This document shows, one piece after another, positions 13,095 to 27,350 of a stretch of 64,000 nt of DNA. A program made the translations under genes and the position numbers. Position 1 is the stretch's first letter. Each line of letters begins with the position of its first letter. The notes under the pieces were generated by a model. The model saw only the letters and a program-made list of their open reading frames with translations. It did not search any database and had not been told where the DNA came from. Origin of the DNA: Podarcis vaucheri (Eukaryota); the NCBI GenBank assembly GCA_965113315.1, contig OZ220366.1; one strand, written 5' to 3'.

Positions 13095-13158
13095 CATAGT
13101 TTAAAGGAGACATGCATAGTTTAAAGGAGACATGCATAGTTTAAAGGAGACATGCATA
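13095..13158. repeat. Tandem repeat, 3 x 20 bp (catagtttaaaggagacatg)
   Basis: Three identical head-to-tail copies with no spacers. Confidence 0.95.
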
Positions 13159-15256
13159 AGCTTGCACTGTTAGCCAGGAACAAATAGAGTATCCTTAGCT
13201 AAATATTTGCTCTTCTAACAACAGTGGATTAAATGTTTATTTCCTGGTGTGATAGATCTTATGAACACAGGGAACAACCCCAAGTATTTTAACTGAATGG
13301 TTTTGCTGATCGGTCTGTTAGTACAGAACATCCTACTAAATGCAATGTCAGTCCTGTATTGGATGGCATCTATATTATAGCAACATTCTTAGTTCAATTA
13401 AATGAAGCTACAGTAAAGTAAAGCACTATCACACTGACAAGCATTTCTGTTTAGGGGTCAATAGAGTACCCAATTTGGTCATTACAAGGAAATATGCTGC
13501 TAGGAGTAAGTGATTTAATTATAGGCTGTGAGGAAATAATATGATATACCATGATCTGTAGAACATTAACTATGATGCCTTGGTAGAAATATCAAAAGTT
13601 TCTTTCATAGAAGAAGGATGTATATGAAAGGCCAAATGATCCTCAAGAAAGAGTGCTTAAAGATATATTTTCAGTATTAAACATAAACAGATGTATAATT
13701 TCTCAGTTCTCTGTTAGTGACAGAGACCAAGAGGAGCCATTCTCCTATAAATATGGTGAACGTGTAAGAAAATTAAAATATAGTGGAGGCAAGACAGAGT
13801 GTTTGATTAATTATAGGTAATAGAATCCCAGTGATATAAATATGTATTGGGCAATTGTTATGGAATGTATTGATTGTGGAACAAATCTTGCTATCTAAAA
13901 GTTAGTAATCAAAATATATTTCCAGACAATTAGAATGACTCACCACAGCTTGAGACATTGTCTCATGAATAAATTGGCATATCAGATAGAGATGTGTCAG
14001 GAATAGGCACTTTAAAAATATTTTGTGGAAGTATATGAGCCCTCCACTTCCTTTCAGAACACATTGACATACTATTCTGCTGTCTTACATTATGTATTTT
14101 TTGTGCAAACTTTGAGATAAATAAGTAGTGCAAGCTAGCTACAGCTGCCCAATTTTTATTCACTCTTTATTTCCCCTATTCTGTAACACAGAACTTTCTT
14201 TGACTGTTTGTTCACCTTAAGGGCCTTTGGAAATTCAGTGGGCAAAAGGGGTTATCTAGACTTAGTCCTGAATTTATGTTAAATGGGGCACATGGCAGAA
14301 TATGATGGTTACAACTGTCATATGTTAAAGCTGAATAAATCAATCTGTTCACATCAGGTTGGATAAGGTCCAAATCTGGGCTATAGATCTTACATTCTGA
14401 AATTATCAATTTATCATGACCTGCTCAGTCAAAATGAATCTGTAGCAGTGTGTTGTACCTATTGTTACTTGGCTTGTTTCTTTGCTTTGAAATTTAGTGA
14501 GTACTTCTTTCCTGAATGAGGCCGCCTGCTGAACCATGTTAGTGACTGTACAATTAAGAGGTCATGGAAATTCATTAGGATGCAATTCGTTTCTTTTTTT
14601 ATGAGAAAGGCAGGTGGGTGGGTTGGATATTAGAGAGATAGAAATGGTAGTAAGATTTTGAGAGGTTTTTCTTCTCTTTCTTACATTCATAAACATATGT
14701 GCTAAGGGACTGATACAGATTCAATTGGCACATCTGATGTATTCTTCTCCTAATTTATCACAGTAGGGAGAAGTGCTGATGCTGCTGCCATGTTGCTGAG
14801 GTAACCTAGAAACTTATACATCTGAAGAAAATTGAAGAAGGGAACATTAGGCCCAGGCTTGCCTTTCTAGTTCTTGGATTTTGATCCAGGCTGTATCCCT
14901 CCCTACCCACAAACTCTCTCATCAGGCCATAACGCCTTCACAGATTCTGCTTTGCACACTGCTTGAATAATTTTGCATCTGAGGAATGCATTATTGAACT
15001 ATGATAATGGTTCTTGTTTTCCTGGATGGACGATAGAGAGTAGCCTACTGTACAAAGCTAAAATTCACATTCATTGTTCCATCCACTATTGCTCCTTGCC
15101 CTGGCTCATCATTGCTTTGTAACTCGTAGAACGTTGCCCAGAAGGAAATGTGGTCCTCAGACAAAAGAAGGTTCTCTACTCCCTGTTCATGCCATGCTAA
15201 ACCACTGATTAGAAAGTAGAGGAGCTGTTGTTGTTGTTTTAAGAGATTTGCATTTT

Positions 15257-15604
15257 AAAGGTAAAGGTAAAGGGACCCCTGACCATTAGGTCCAGTCATG
15301 ACCGACTCTGGGGTTGCGGCGCTCATCTTGCTTTATTGGCCGAGGGAGCCGGCGTACAGCTTCCGAGTCATGGGGCCAGCATGACTAAGCCACTTCTGGC
15401 AAACCAGAGCAGCGCATGTAAATGTCATTTACCTTCCCGCTAGAGCGGTACCTATTTATCTACTTGCACTCTGACGTGCTTTTGAACTGTTATGTTGGCA
15501 GTAGCAGGGACCGAGCAACGGGAGCTCACCCCGTCGTAGGGATTCGAACCGCTGACCTTCTGATCGGCAGGTCCTAGGCTCTGTGGTTTAACCCACAGTG
15601 CCGC
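15257..15604 (-). mobile_element. Sauria SINE, slightly 5'-truncated
   Basis: (AAGGTA)n tail on plus strand, B-box ggttcgaatccc on minus strand; near reverse complement of 25590-25941. Confidence 0.92.
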
Positions 15605-16439
15605 AGGTTCTTATGAATATACTAAAGATTTCAGTAAAATTCCCTAATAACCGCTTCAATCTTATGCATTGAACAAAAAGGGTTAAATGCTTCATGCCAT
15701 CATAAATATCAGTGCTAGGAAGGAAAATCATTCCATCTCACCTAGCAGTATGCCATTAATAGCAATAGTTTATAATATTGTTTCAAATGGCACTTAGATC
15801 TCAGCTACATAATGGGATCTTAAATAAATCCTGAAGAGCTAATATAGTTTCCTACAAGATCAACTAGTTGTCTTTGAGTTCAGCAATTTGCATATTTCAA
15901 GTTCTGTCTTACTTTGAAAGATGTTACAATTGAGCAGAACAATGAACTACTAATTATGACTCATTCTTCTTTCTTCCTTTTGTCTTTTCTTCAATCATAC
16001 TATTGCACCAGGCACTGCATATTATATCAAATTGTATTCTGCCAAATGACAACAGACAAATCATTCTAATTCCTGTACGGTTAATAACCCCTTGATTCAT
16101 AGACATCTGCTAAACCATGCTTTCCAACTATTTCTTTCCCTTCAAAGACATATTCAGAGTGCTCCTCTGTTGCTAAAGAACTTTGTATTGCCAGTTTCCT
16201 TGGGTTTTGGATTTCCTGTCATGTTTGTTTCAGAAGAACACATGTCCTTTTAAAGGATAACCATGGTTGGGCAATACTGCATTTCATTCATTGACATTCT
16301 TTCAACTTCAAGAAATTCTTTCCCCAAATGATTTTGTACAACCTCGGTTACTTTTGAACATTTCTTTTAATTCATTATAACTTGGTGATGGAGTGGGGAG
16401 AGTAATGCTTTTTTACACAGCCTTTGTATAATTCACATC

Positions 16440-16750
16440 GGTTGCTATTCTGTAGGCACTTACCTGAGATAATCCTCACTGAAGTTAGAGGGACTTACTT
16501 TTGAGTAGACAAGACATGTATATGAATGTGCTGAAAATTGATTTGCAATTTATTTTGTCACTTAAGAAATCCCCTGGGAGTAAAAACACATCTGTAATAA
16601 ATTATGGATTGGATTGATTCTTACTCAAGATACTTAAAGAAAACTCAATAAAATCAATGGTACTTAAGTTAGTCAAGACCCAATTTCATGCCTAACTTCA
16701 GGTCCATTGAGTGCATCAGGTCTACTCTAAGCAGCTTGAAGTCCTGGATC
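16440..16750. mobile_element. Old short palindromic MITE-like repeats (two adjacent copies)
   Basis: cacttacc...gggacttacttttgagtagac and ccattga/tcaatgg-centred palindromic remnants; similar remnants near 7070, 13070 and 58130. Confidence 0.4.
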
Positions 16751-18014
16751 ACACGCTAAATAACTAACCATTGACTGCTCCTTCATTGATACCCCTAATG
16801 GGCCCCTTCACAAACAACACTGTTGAAAAACTCTTCCCTCCGTTGTTTTAATCATGTGACTTTTCCTTCTGGTCATTCTGTAATGTAATGAGAAAATGAA
16901 TGCAGACTCTGAGAGGTTGTTCAGGTGGCTTGCACTTTGGGGACCTATGGAGAATCACCAAACCCAATTGATGGGGAAATTTCAAATTCTCTGCTAGCTC
17001 AAACAGCAAGGTCAGCATGTGCTGTTGACCATCAGACTGGCAAAACACTTAGTGAAAATGCAGGCTTCTTATAAATTAGTTCTTCTACTCAGAAAGTCAT
17101 TGTCAATAAGATAAATGTTCAGTGTGCTTGAGCTAATGTGACAAACATATAAAATCCATTAATATCTCGCTTACTCCAGCTAGCCTCTCCTTCTAACAAC
17201 TCCCAGCTGATTTGCTTTTACTTAAGTCACAGCCACTTACATATGATGCTTAGCATTAGCCAGAATGGAGGCAGGGAGAACTTGGAGATCAAAACCATAA
17301 TCATTTATTTGCCTACTATTTCAGATAATATGTTTGAAATATAGACAGATGGCTCTTCTTCTTATCTGTTGATCTCCCACTGGTATTCAATATAATTCAT
17401 AATGGTCTTAGGGGAAGGGCAATCACAGTGCAATGGAATACTAGATCTACAGCTCTGTACAGATGTTAAAGCACATTCTAATCCCTTGCACAGTTCTCAG
17501 GAATCCTTAAGAAACTACAGTTCCCAGAAGTCTTTAAAGAAATGAATGTGCCTTAAAAACACAGAATGTACACAACCTTAGACCTGTTAAACTGAACATG
17601 TTCCATTATATTATGGCTGCTTATACTGTGCTTATAAATGTGGAACATGATACTTCCTCTTTGGCATATTTTCTAAACTTTATTCACAGCTGCAAAAGCA
17701 TAGAAAACAAAGCTCTCTCGCAATCTGTAATACACCTGAAAGAAAAGAGACTTCTCAGTTTAACAAAGTAGAGTCAAATAGAGACTATTATCACACTAGG
17801 AGGCCTGTAACCTCCAGTGTGAGTGGCATGTAAAAAGGTCTCTGGAGGAGCAACGGAGAGCTATACAATTCACCTCATAGTTGAATATACAACTATAGGA
17901 TTGCCCAATGGAAGAAAGTCTGAGAAAAGTGATGGAAATGTTTATGTTAGGATTGACTCACAACAAGCAATTCCCTTCAGAAGTCTGACTGCCCATAAAA
18001 TGCTACTGTAAGGC

Positions 18015-18270
18015 ATACTCTAATAGATCAGTAACTGGTTAAAGAGGAAGCAGAAAGCAGGTACAAATGGGCAGTTTTCACAGCAGAGGGAAGTAAGGAG
18101 TGGAGTCATACAAGGATATATATTGAGCTGGGTGCTTTTTGACATTTTAAACTCATTTGTAAATCAAGTCGAGATATGGGGTGAACAGCAAGGTAGCTAA
18201 GTGTGTGGATAACACCAAGTTATACAGCATGGTGAAGACCAAAGCAGGCTGCAAAGAGATTTTAAAGGAT
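18015..18270 (+). mobile_element. Degraded CR1 LINE RT fragment
   Basis: Translates with shifts to SNWLK..GTNGQFSQQREVRSGVIQG..VAKCVDNTKL, matching CR1 SGVPQG and KFADDTKL motifs. Confidence 0.8.
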
Positions 18271-19235
18271 GAATGAGCACATAAAAATGTTTATTTCATC
18301 TAATCTTTTTCCTCAGTGCATCCCAAACTTTGAAATATAAAAGGGAAGAAGTTGCAAATAAAAGTATTTTCCTGCTCTGTCTTGTGTTACTCTCATTCCT
18401 GAAGGTCATGAGTATGAGAATAAAGAAAAGGGTATACCCTTTTAGTTTTCCTCTCTACTCCCATTCCAATTTCTTTTGACCAATTCAAGTAAGGCTACCT
18501 GGATGTTAAAACATATTTCTTCCTGTTGATGGATGAAACTGGATGCACATCTGACCGTATGTGCTATCTAACCATTTAGCATGGTTTTCCCTGGAACTCA
18601 CATTGCATATGTATCCAAAAGTACATCCCAAACTTGATGGTGAAGCACATTTCAATGTTTCAATGTTAAGTCTTTCACAAAATAAATGGAAACTTAAATG
18701 ATAAATTCAGGAAAAGCAGGGCATGACATTAGATATGTAGAGAGTTTGTAAAAAAGTGAGAGAGTAATGAATACTATTAACCAATAATAACAAGTACCTG
18801 TACAGCAATGAGAACTAATGTCCTTTATTACTATTGACAGTAAGATATTGTGATGTAGCTATTAGAAAATAGCTCACATTCCACTCATAACAGAATGGGA
18901 AGTAAAAATGTTCAAATACAAAAGCTACTTAGAGTGAAAGAAGGAAGGTAGAAGCTAAAATGTTTAGACAGAACTGAGCAATGTTTACTGAATAATTTTT
19001 TCACACAATGCAAAATATTTATTTGAGGTAGTATACTGTATACCAAATTATGAATGCTTCGATGACAATGTCTCAATTTTTTTCAAAAAAATTCTCTGTA
19101 AATATGCATGTTCTGGAAAATGGAATAACAATGTTTTTGTTTTCTAAAAAATGCTCACAGCAATGCAGTGCTGATGGACCACATCGTCTCATATATATAT
19201 ATATTCTCCCTGTTTTGGAAATTCTCTCACCTGTC

Positions 19236-20490
19236 TCTTCTTCTTTGGCGATCACTCGTAGTCGAGTAAGACTGTGTCTCATAAACACAGTTTTAACAAT
19301 GAGTCCGCAAGTGACTGTGGAGGTCAATTCTGGACCCACACATCCTTCCACAATGGGGACATTGGTTGCCAGGTGGGAGTTGATCATGGTCTGAATTTGC
19401 CAAGTGTGCCTTCCTCTTAGCATGTTTCTCCCTTGCGTTCTGAGTTTGAGTGTCTTCAAAGTCCATGAAACCTTTGGTAAAGGCTGTTCTCCAACTGGTG
19501 TGCTCACAGGTCAGTGTTTCCCAGTTGTCTGTGTTTATACTACCTTTTTAAAGATTTGCCTTGAGACAGTCTTTAAACCTCTTTTGTTGACCACCAGCAT
19601 TACACTTTCCATTTTTAAGTTCAGAATAGAGTAGATGCTTTGGAAGACGATCATCATGCATCCGCACAACATGACCAGTCTAGCAAAGTTGATGTTGAAG
19701 AATCATTGCTTCAACGCTGGTGATCTTTGCTTCATCCAGTACACTGATATTAGTTTGCCTGTCTTCCCAAGTGATGTATAAGATTTTTCAGAGACACTGT
19801 TGATGGAATCTTTCGAGAAGTTGGAGATGGTGTTTGTAAGTGGTCCATGGTTCACAAGCATACAGTAAGGTTGGTAGTACAATAGCTTTGTAAACAAGCA
19901 TTTTGGTTTCCCTGTGAATGTCTCAGTCTTCAAACACTCGGCACTTCAATTGGGAGAAAGCCACACTCACAGAGCTCAGGTGATGCTGGATTTTGGCATC
20001 AGTGTTGACTCTTGTGGAAAGGTAACTGCCTAGGTAGAGCAGTGATTGACATTTTCCAATGTTACACCATTGAGTTGGATTTGTGGCGCTGCAGAGGGCT
20101 TAATTTGTACTTGTTGGTGCAGCACTTTGGTGCAGCACTTTTTTTGGATGTTGAGCGACAGGCCAAGCTTTTCATAATCTTCTGTGAAGATATTCATAGC
20201 TGTCAACTTTTCCCTTTTCTTGCAAGGAATCCTATTCTGAATAAGGGAATTTCCCTTTAAAAAAGGGAAACGTTGGCAGCTATGAAGATATTTAGGCTGG
20301 TTTGGAGGTCATCCTCTGAGCATGCACACACTACCTTGTCCTCAGCATACTGAAGCTCTATGACGGAAGTTACAGTAACCTTACTCTTTGCTTTCAGTCT
20401 GCTCAGATTGAAGAGCTTTCCATCTGTTTGATATAGGATTTCTACCCCAGTGGGGAGTTTCCCCAGTTCTATCCTACTGATATTGTACCC
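19236..20490 (-). mobile_element. 5'-truncated RTE-clade LINE (not Bov-B), degraded
   Basis: Minus strand has ELQYAEDK (YADD-like, ~20335-20358), C-terminal C2H2 finger CPHCGRMCGSRIDLHSHLRTH (~19300-19362) and a short (GAA) tail. Confidence 0.88.
20195..20284. mobile_element. 90-bp hAT MITE inserted in the RTE LINE
   Basis: TIR catagctgtcaac / gttggcagctatg; perfect 8-bp TSD aagatatt (20187-20194, 20285-20292). Confidence 0.92.
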
Positions 20491-21570
20491 AGTTTATCTA
20501 CATATGTGAACCACCCTGAGATCTATGAATAAAGGGCAGTAAAATAAATAAATAAATAAGGGGGACACCAACTTTGCAAAGTTGGGAATATATTTTCCAG
20601 GAAGACATGAAGTAATAAGAGTCTTTATATGTATGTTGTGAAACTGAGGTTACTTATCTGGAAGTCCCATTTAACTCAATTATGTTCATATTACAGAATT
20701 GGTTTATTTATCATTAGTTTGATCCCTGGCCTTGCAAAAGGCATTAAATGAGATCCACATCAATAGAAGAGAAGAGAATATTTGGTTTGTTATCTCAAAG
20801 AAAATGCACATCTTTGATACTGGGCATCATTGGCTACTCTTTGCAAAGTCATATTCAGAAAGCTCAGTATCCTACAGACAAATATATTCTACAGTTTTCT
20901 ATCAGGTTCTTAGACCCATTTTATCAAGTTGCTATAATCTCTTTCCCCTACCTCCTGAAAAAAGAGCACTGCTATAGAGCACTCCATGTTTATCACCCCC
21001 AAAATTGCTTCTAAGCTGTTTTTAACATCTTTGTTTATAATGCCAATAAATAACACTGGCAATGGAGTTGAAAAGCCCTCGTCTAAACAACAACATATTG
21101 TTCTTGATAACAGGGCAGAAAAATATCAAACAAAATTATATATAGTCGAAAACACTATTATTTGTCTATGTAATTACTTTGCTGCTGGCAATCATATACA
21201 TGAGACAATCATAGTTTCTCTGTACCACTCAATGACAATCGATCTTCAGAATTTTACAGCAAAACCTTGGTCTTTCTGACACTGCATAAACAGGCTGCTG
21301 GTGCGTTATCAGGAATGAGAGAGATAAAGCAGTTCCTGGGATGGAGAATGTTTGCTAAGAAAGGATTGAAATGATTGTGTTTTAAAGGGCTGTCAACAAG
21401 TAACATCAGCTTTCAGCTTTTAATCTGAATGTGCATTTATCTTTCTACCTACCTTTAAATAGATGCTGTTCAAAGAGTGGGACTCTGTGAAAATTAAGTC
21501 CCTATTACATTATTATGATGTTACAAGTGTCCAACTTGTATGCATTTTTAGTAGCATCCTAATGTCATAT

Positions 21571-21928
21571 GGGGACGCGGGTGGCGCTGTGGGTAAAACC
21601 TCAGTGCCTAGGACTTGCCGATCGTCAGGTCGGCGGTTTGAATTCCTGTGGTGGGGTGCGCTCCCGTTGCTTGGTCCCAGCGCCTGCCAACCTAGCAGTT
21701 CGAAAGCACCCCCAGGTGCAAGTAGATAAATAGGGACCGCTTACTAGCGGGAAGGTAAACAGCGTTTCCGTGTGCTGCGCTGGCTCGCCAGATGCAGCTT
21801 GTCACGCTGGCCATGTGACCCGGAAGTGTCTCCGGACAGCGCTGGCCCCCGGCCTCTTAAGTGAGATGGGCGCACAACCCTAGAGTCGGACACGACTGGC
21901 CCGTACGGGCAGGGGTACCTTTTACCTT
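21571..21928 (+). mobile_element. Full-length Sauria SINE
   Basis: tRNA-like head ggggacgcgggtggcgctgtgg...ggtttgaattcc, Bov-B-like gagtcggacacgact, (ACCTTT)n tail, 11-bp TSD taatgtcatat; CpGs retained. Confidence 0.95.
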
Positions 21929-23093
21929 TAATGTCATATAATGCAGCTGTAATCAATCCCAAAATATATAGTTGAAGCAGAATTACTTATTTATCATTAA
22001 TATTTTAATTAGCATTTCATTGACTTTTTTATTTTATTCACAAATAATTTACTGTTCCCCACCCCTCCATACATAGATATCTCATATGCTTTTGAATTTT
22101 CCACTTCCACACAGAAATTCAGTTAATAACAACAGCACTGTTAGTTTTGTTTTGTATATTTTTTAAAAAGCAGGGCACAAAAAGTAATACAATTTTATGG
22201 CATCTGCAATAAAAATTATTTAGCAGGATCTCCTAGGACTGCTGAATGCATTAATAATGAACACTGCATTTACACTTAATGAAGTTTGCATGTCAGACCA
22301 ATTGCTCAACATGAAACATACACACTTCTTGCAGAAACAGCATATACTGGTCCTAAGTATTTTTTAGTTTATTGTTTTCTGTAAGGTATTATATGCAATT
22401 TTAACAGATAATTTGAGTTTTGTATAAACTGTCTGCTGTTCCTTTAATAATTCTGCTAGCTAACCTATTAAAACTATGTGTAGAAAGTAGCCATGAGAAA
22501 ATGGTTACCAATTTAGTTACTGCTCTAAAGATCTCCATAGCTTCTTATTTAAGCAATCAACCCTAATCAAACGTTAGACCTACCCCAAAACAATTCAGGA
22601 CTGGGTCCTCAGTGGGATAAGTGGGCCCCAAATGGGCCCAGGTTGGGTTAACCATGACTGGGGACCCCCAGGTCAAGAGAGTCCAAATACTTGTACCACT
22701 TTTATTTCAAACATATTCAAAGCTGTAGAATCATAAGCCACATATGCAGTAGAAATACTAAAGATTGGCAATATTTCATTATATATTTTTTCCAGGGGGG
22801 AAATAAGCACTGTGGTGTTGGAAAAAGATTAATTAAAGTGTCACAAATACTTCTAGAAAACAAGAGCTAAGATAGAGTTAAAGATGGCAGTAAACTAACC
22901 CTTTGCTTTCAAGTGTTCACGCTACCAGAAAGATGATGACAAACTAGAGTGAGTTGAAGGAAGAAAGCAGAAATGATTAATGGCTTGGTGAAAAGGATTT
23001 GCAAATAAAAATTAAAATACCTTGCGATATGCAGCTTAGCAAAATTATTATACAGGAAGAGGAGATATGAGAGTGATGGTAAATATTTCATTT

Positions 23094-23192
23094 TCTTTTG
23101 GAGAACAATGTGGGCATCTGGAACAGTGGTCTATAGTCAATCTTTTGGAGAACAATGTGGGCATCTGGAACAGTGGGCTATAGTCAATCTTT
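23094..23192. repeat. 47-bp tandem duplication
   Basis: Units start at 23094 and 23141 and differ by one base. Confidence 0.95.
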
Positions 23193-23796
23193 GGGCTGTA
23201 GGTTCAAATTAATATGCAACCATGGTTCAGTTTGGGCTATTCTCATTTTCCTTATCTACTTGAACTTATTCCTCTGGCTTCTTCTCATTCCGAACTACTT
23301 CTAATGCACCTTTGCTTCTCTTGTGCTGCTGGATTATTTGTTCCTATATCTTGCCAGTGATTCCACACTTCCTCCTGCTTGTCTAGTTCCTGTGACCTGG
23401 CCTACTTTTCCCTAGGATCCATCTGATCAGGGCTTCCAGCAGCAGCCCAAGACTCTTGCTGCTGCCCTAGACCTCTCTGACATTGGCTTCTGATTGGCTG
23501 AACTGCTACAAAGAACTTATCACCACCTTATAGAATACCTTGGCATCCTCATAAAAGTCCCAGGAGCTGTTTCCACTAGCTTCCCAGCAAGTGAGTTGCT
23601 GTTGCTTACTAGGAGGAAGAGGAGAAGGGGATAGAGAAGCTGCTACAGTACAGACACATCAGCCAGAGTGCCATATTGACTCCACCAATGTCCTTGCAAT
23701 GCACTGAGGCCACTACTACCTCAGTGACTTTTCTGCTGGAAAACTAGAGTAGTGGCCCTGTCCTACCTGGCGAGCCACTTCTGCCCAAATAATATT

Positions 23797-24084
23797 ATCA
23801 GCCCTGATTGCTCACTGGAAGGATAGATCCTGAAGCTGAGGCTCCAATACTTTGGCCACCTCATGAGAAGAGAAGACTCCCTGGAAAAGACCCTGATATT
23901 GGGAAAGATGGAGGGCACAAGGAAAAGGGGACAACAGAGGCCGAGATGGTTGGACAGTGTTCTCGAAGCTACCAAAATGAGTTTGACCAAGCTGCGGGAG
24001 GCAGTGGAAGACAGAAGTGCCTGGCATGCTCTGGTCCATGGGGCCATGAAGAATCGGACACGACTAAACAACTAAACAACAACA
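23797..24084 (+). mobile_element. Bov-B LINE 3' fragment
   Basis: MRREDSLEKTLILGKMEG..RWLDSV; (CAA)n tail; highly similar to 32200-32490. Confidence 0.93.
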
Positions 24085-25589
24085 TAGTGATGTTAAGCCA
24101 TGAAATTTTGAGCAGCACCAGAGAACGAAATATTGCATAAAAATGTCCCAGTACATTTAACAGGGAACTCAGTCTCCCCCCACCCCCACCCCCGCAAATC
24201 AATGGAATATCTCTTTTCATAATCAGAGTACCCAGGTACCATTTTTCCCCTGGCTGCTGCCAAAAAGATTTCATCAATAATTCACTCCAAATAATCAATG
24301 CAAAATTGATTTCACCCTTGTTGAGACAACAGTTTTAACATACATAGTGCAAAGCATGTGGATTTTTAAGTCACAGTGACATTTTCTCCCATCCCCCACC
24401 CAGAAAATAATGTTGCCAAATCAACTATGATTGAGGATAGCTGTATTCTATTGCATTGCAACAATCCCCCCCCCACTTCACCTATGGAATTTAAATGGTA
24501 AGACAGCCTAAGACAGTTTGAATGGCAGTGCATAGGAGAATTTGGCTGTATATCTAGGAGCCGGTGTTCACCCCTGAATTTCCTACACATGAGAGAAGTA
24601 GCTCTTCAGGATTTATATGTTCATACTATAACTGGTTAGTGGTGTAATTTCACAATGATTCACACTGATGCATTTGTTTAGAAACATATTTTATTTTTCA
24701 TTGATGGATTGCGACCCAGTCCCTTAACATACTTTCCCAGTCTCATGGACCCATGTAGTAGTCCTACTACTAGTAATAATGATGATGTTACAAAAAAAAT
24801 GAATAAAGCACAATAAAAAATGAATCAGTGTAAGTAAGCATGAGCACACTGGATCAAGCCTTTATATGGTTCCATCCACAAGGATCTGCTCATCTTCATG
24901 AGCCCCTAGGTCATCTATTCATGCAGTATGCAGTGACGCCAGATGGAAGTTTGCCATATGTTTGGATGAGCTTTTAACTTTAGCCTCGGCTCACCACTTT
25001 AAATGTCAATGGGTCCTCCATTTCAGTCTTTGTAAGTACATAAAGGCAGAAGTGGGAGTGAGCAAGAGAGAGGTGTTTGAACATTGTCCTATCCCTCCCC
25101 ATTTGTTTAGACTGTAGAGAAGCTCCATAGCTTCAAGGTAAAGTTCTAATGCTTATAAAGCTAACATTACCACTGAAAACAACATGAAAGAGGATTATTG
25201 TCAGAAATCTCTTGTAGTTGATAGGTCTGCATGTGCCTGAAGCTGCCACTGAACACTCCAGTTCTGTTAAAGCACTGAAATAATCCTTGCTGTTATTCCG
25301 CTCTTCTCTTTATTTATTTATTTATTTATTTATTTTTCAAAAACTTCCATCTGTATTACCCGTGGAACCAGGAGAATCACCAGGAGAAGTCAGCTATGCT
25401 CATCAAAGTCAGTTGCACAGCCACTCTTGACACATTATTATTGATTTTCATTTAAAAGATTAAAGCTGGAGAGTCTTCGTACAGTGCATCCTTGGGCCCA
25501 GTGTGTGCTGTGCGCGCACACATTGACACACACATACATGCACGTTCAAAATGCTAGTGAATTCTTAAATGGTAATTAATAATCTGAAA

Positions 25590-25941
25590 GGGACATGGGT
25601 AGCGCTGTGGGTTAAACCACAGAGTCTAGGACTTGCTGATCAGAAGGTCGGCGGTTTGAATCCCCATGACGGGGTGAGCTCCTGTTGCTCGGTCCCAGCT
25701 CCTGCCAACCTAGCAGTTCGAAAGCACGTCAAAGTGCAAGTAGATAAATAGCTACCGCTCCAGCAGGAAGGTAAAGTGTTTCCGTGCACTGCTCTGGTTC
25801 GCCAGAAGCGGCTTAGTCATGCTGGCCACATGGCCCGGAAACTGTACGCCAGCTCCCTCGGCCAATAAAGCAAGATGAGCGCCGCAACCCCAGAGTCGGT
25901 CACGACTGGACCTAATGGTCAGGTGTCCCTTTACCTTTACC
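25590..25941 (+). mobile_element. Full-length Sauria SINE (second subfamily)
   Basis: A and B boxes, (ACCTTT)n tail, 14-bp TSD ttaataatctgaaa (25576-25589, 25942-25955). Confidence 0.95.
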
Positions 25942-26003
25942 TTAATAATCTGAAAAGGCATGTGCAAAGAAGAGTTTACTGGATTATCAACATGCGACAT
26001 TCC

Positions 26004-27196
26004 GAATCAAACTGGGTCACCTGATGGATGACCTTAATCTTGAAAGAGACAGGGGGATTGCAACCCTGTTACTTCTGCATGATCTCTCAGCAGCCTTTGA
26101 TGCCATCGACCATGGTATCGTCTTTGTCCAACTTAGTGTAATAGGTATCAGAGGGACTGTGGTTCCTTTTATAGCTTCGCAGTCTTGAGAGTAGTGCTGG
26201 GTGAGTGTTCCTTGGCTCACTGACACTTGTGCTATGGGGTTGTACAGGCTACCATCCTCTCCTGAGAGCTATTTAACATATATATGAAGCAGCTAGGAAT
26301 AGTCATTAGGCGTTTTGGAACATGCTGTCACTAATATGCTGATGACTCAGAGCTCTACTTCTCCATAACAACTGAATCAAGGAAGTTGTGAAAGTTCTGG
26401 ATCAGTGTTTGAATGCAGTGGTGATCTGAATAAAGGCCAATAAACTGTGCTTGAATCCTGGGAAGATGGAGGCTTTGGGGGTGGAGGGTTCCCATGTTCA
26501 TGAAATAGGCTAGTTGCTTATTTTTGATGGGATTGCACTTCCCCTAAAGGAACATGTACACAGTTTGGGAGTACTCCTGGATACATGTTTGTCACTTGAG
26601 GCCTAAGTGTCTCCTGTGACTAGGAATGTCTTTTACTGACTTCGTCTGGTTCACCAGCTATGGTCATTCTTAGACAGGGATAGCCTGGCCATAGTTGTCC
26701 ATGTGTTGCTAACCTCAAGTCTAGATTGCTGTAATGCACTCTATGTGTGGCTGCCCTTGGGCTTACTTCAGAAGCTTCAGCTGGTACAGAATGTGGTGGC
26801 CAGGAGGCTGCTGGTGGTATCTGGCTCAGAACATTTGTGACACCATTGTTAAAGTGGTTGCACTGGCTGCCCATCTACTAGGTTCAATGCCCTTGTATTA
26901 ATTTGCAAAGCCCTTATAGCTTTAGGTCCAGGGTATCACAGGAATTGCAAGAACACTTGTATCCTACACAATCACTGAGATAATGTGGAGGAACACTGTT
27001 GGCCTTTCCCTGAGTTGGTGAGGCTCTCTTTATAACAACAAGTAATCAAGCCTTTAGTGTCATCTGCCCTGTATGATGCTCCCAACAGAGATGCACCAGA
27101 TGCCATCTGTTTCAACTTTTAACTGCCTGCTGAAAACTTCCATTCCACCAGGTCTATGCAGGCAATTAAGAATACATCTTTCCAGAATGCTTAACT

Positions 27197-27243
<47 letters not shown>

Positions 27244-27350
27244 TTTGTATGGTTTTTACTGTAGGGCTTTAACTGTATGGCTTGTGTCTGTTGTAAACCC
27301 CTTTTTGGTTTTGTTTTTTAAAAATGAAATAGCAGCATAGAAATATTTTT
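26004..27350 (+). mobile_element. Degraded 5'-truncated L2-clade LINE
   Basis: LLLLHDLSAAFDAIDHGI, GVVQ, YADDSELY, SSLDCCNALYVWLP and HWLP motifs with stops and frameshifts; (CA)n in the tail; 3' boundary approximate. Confidence 0.88.
27198..27241. repeat. (CA)n microsatellite
   Basis: Directly visible. Confidence 0.95.

Noticed and set aside
13095-13158. CRISPR-like repeat array
   Set aside because: Repeats are contiguous with no spacers, no cas genes are present, and the context is vertebrate.
21571-21660. tRNA genes (also at 15520-15600, 25590, 49860, 56680)
   Set aside because: A and B boxes belong to SINE heads; no complete cloverleaf, and each continues into a SINE body.
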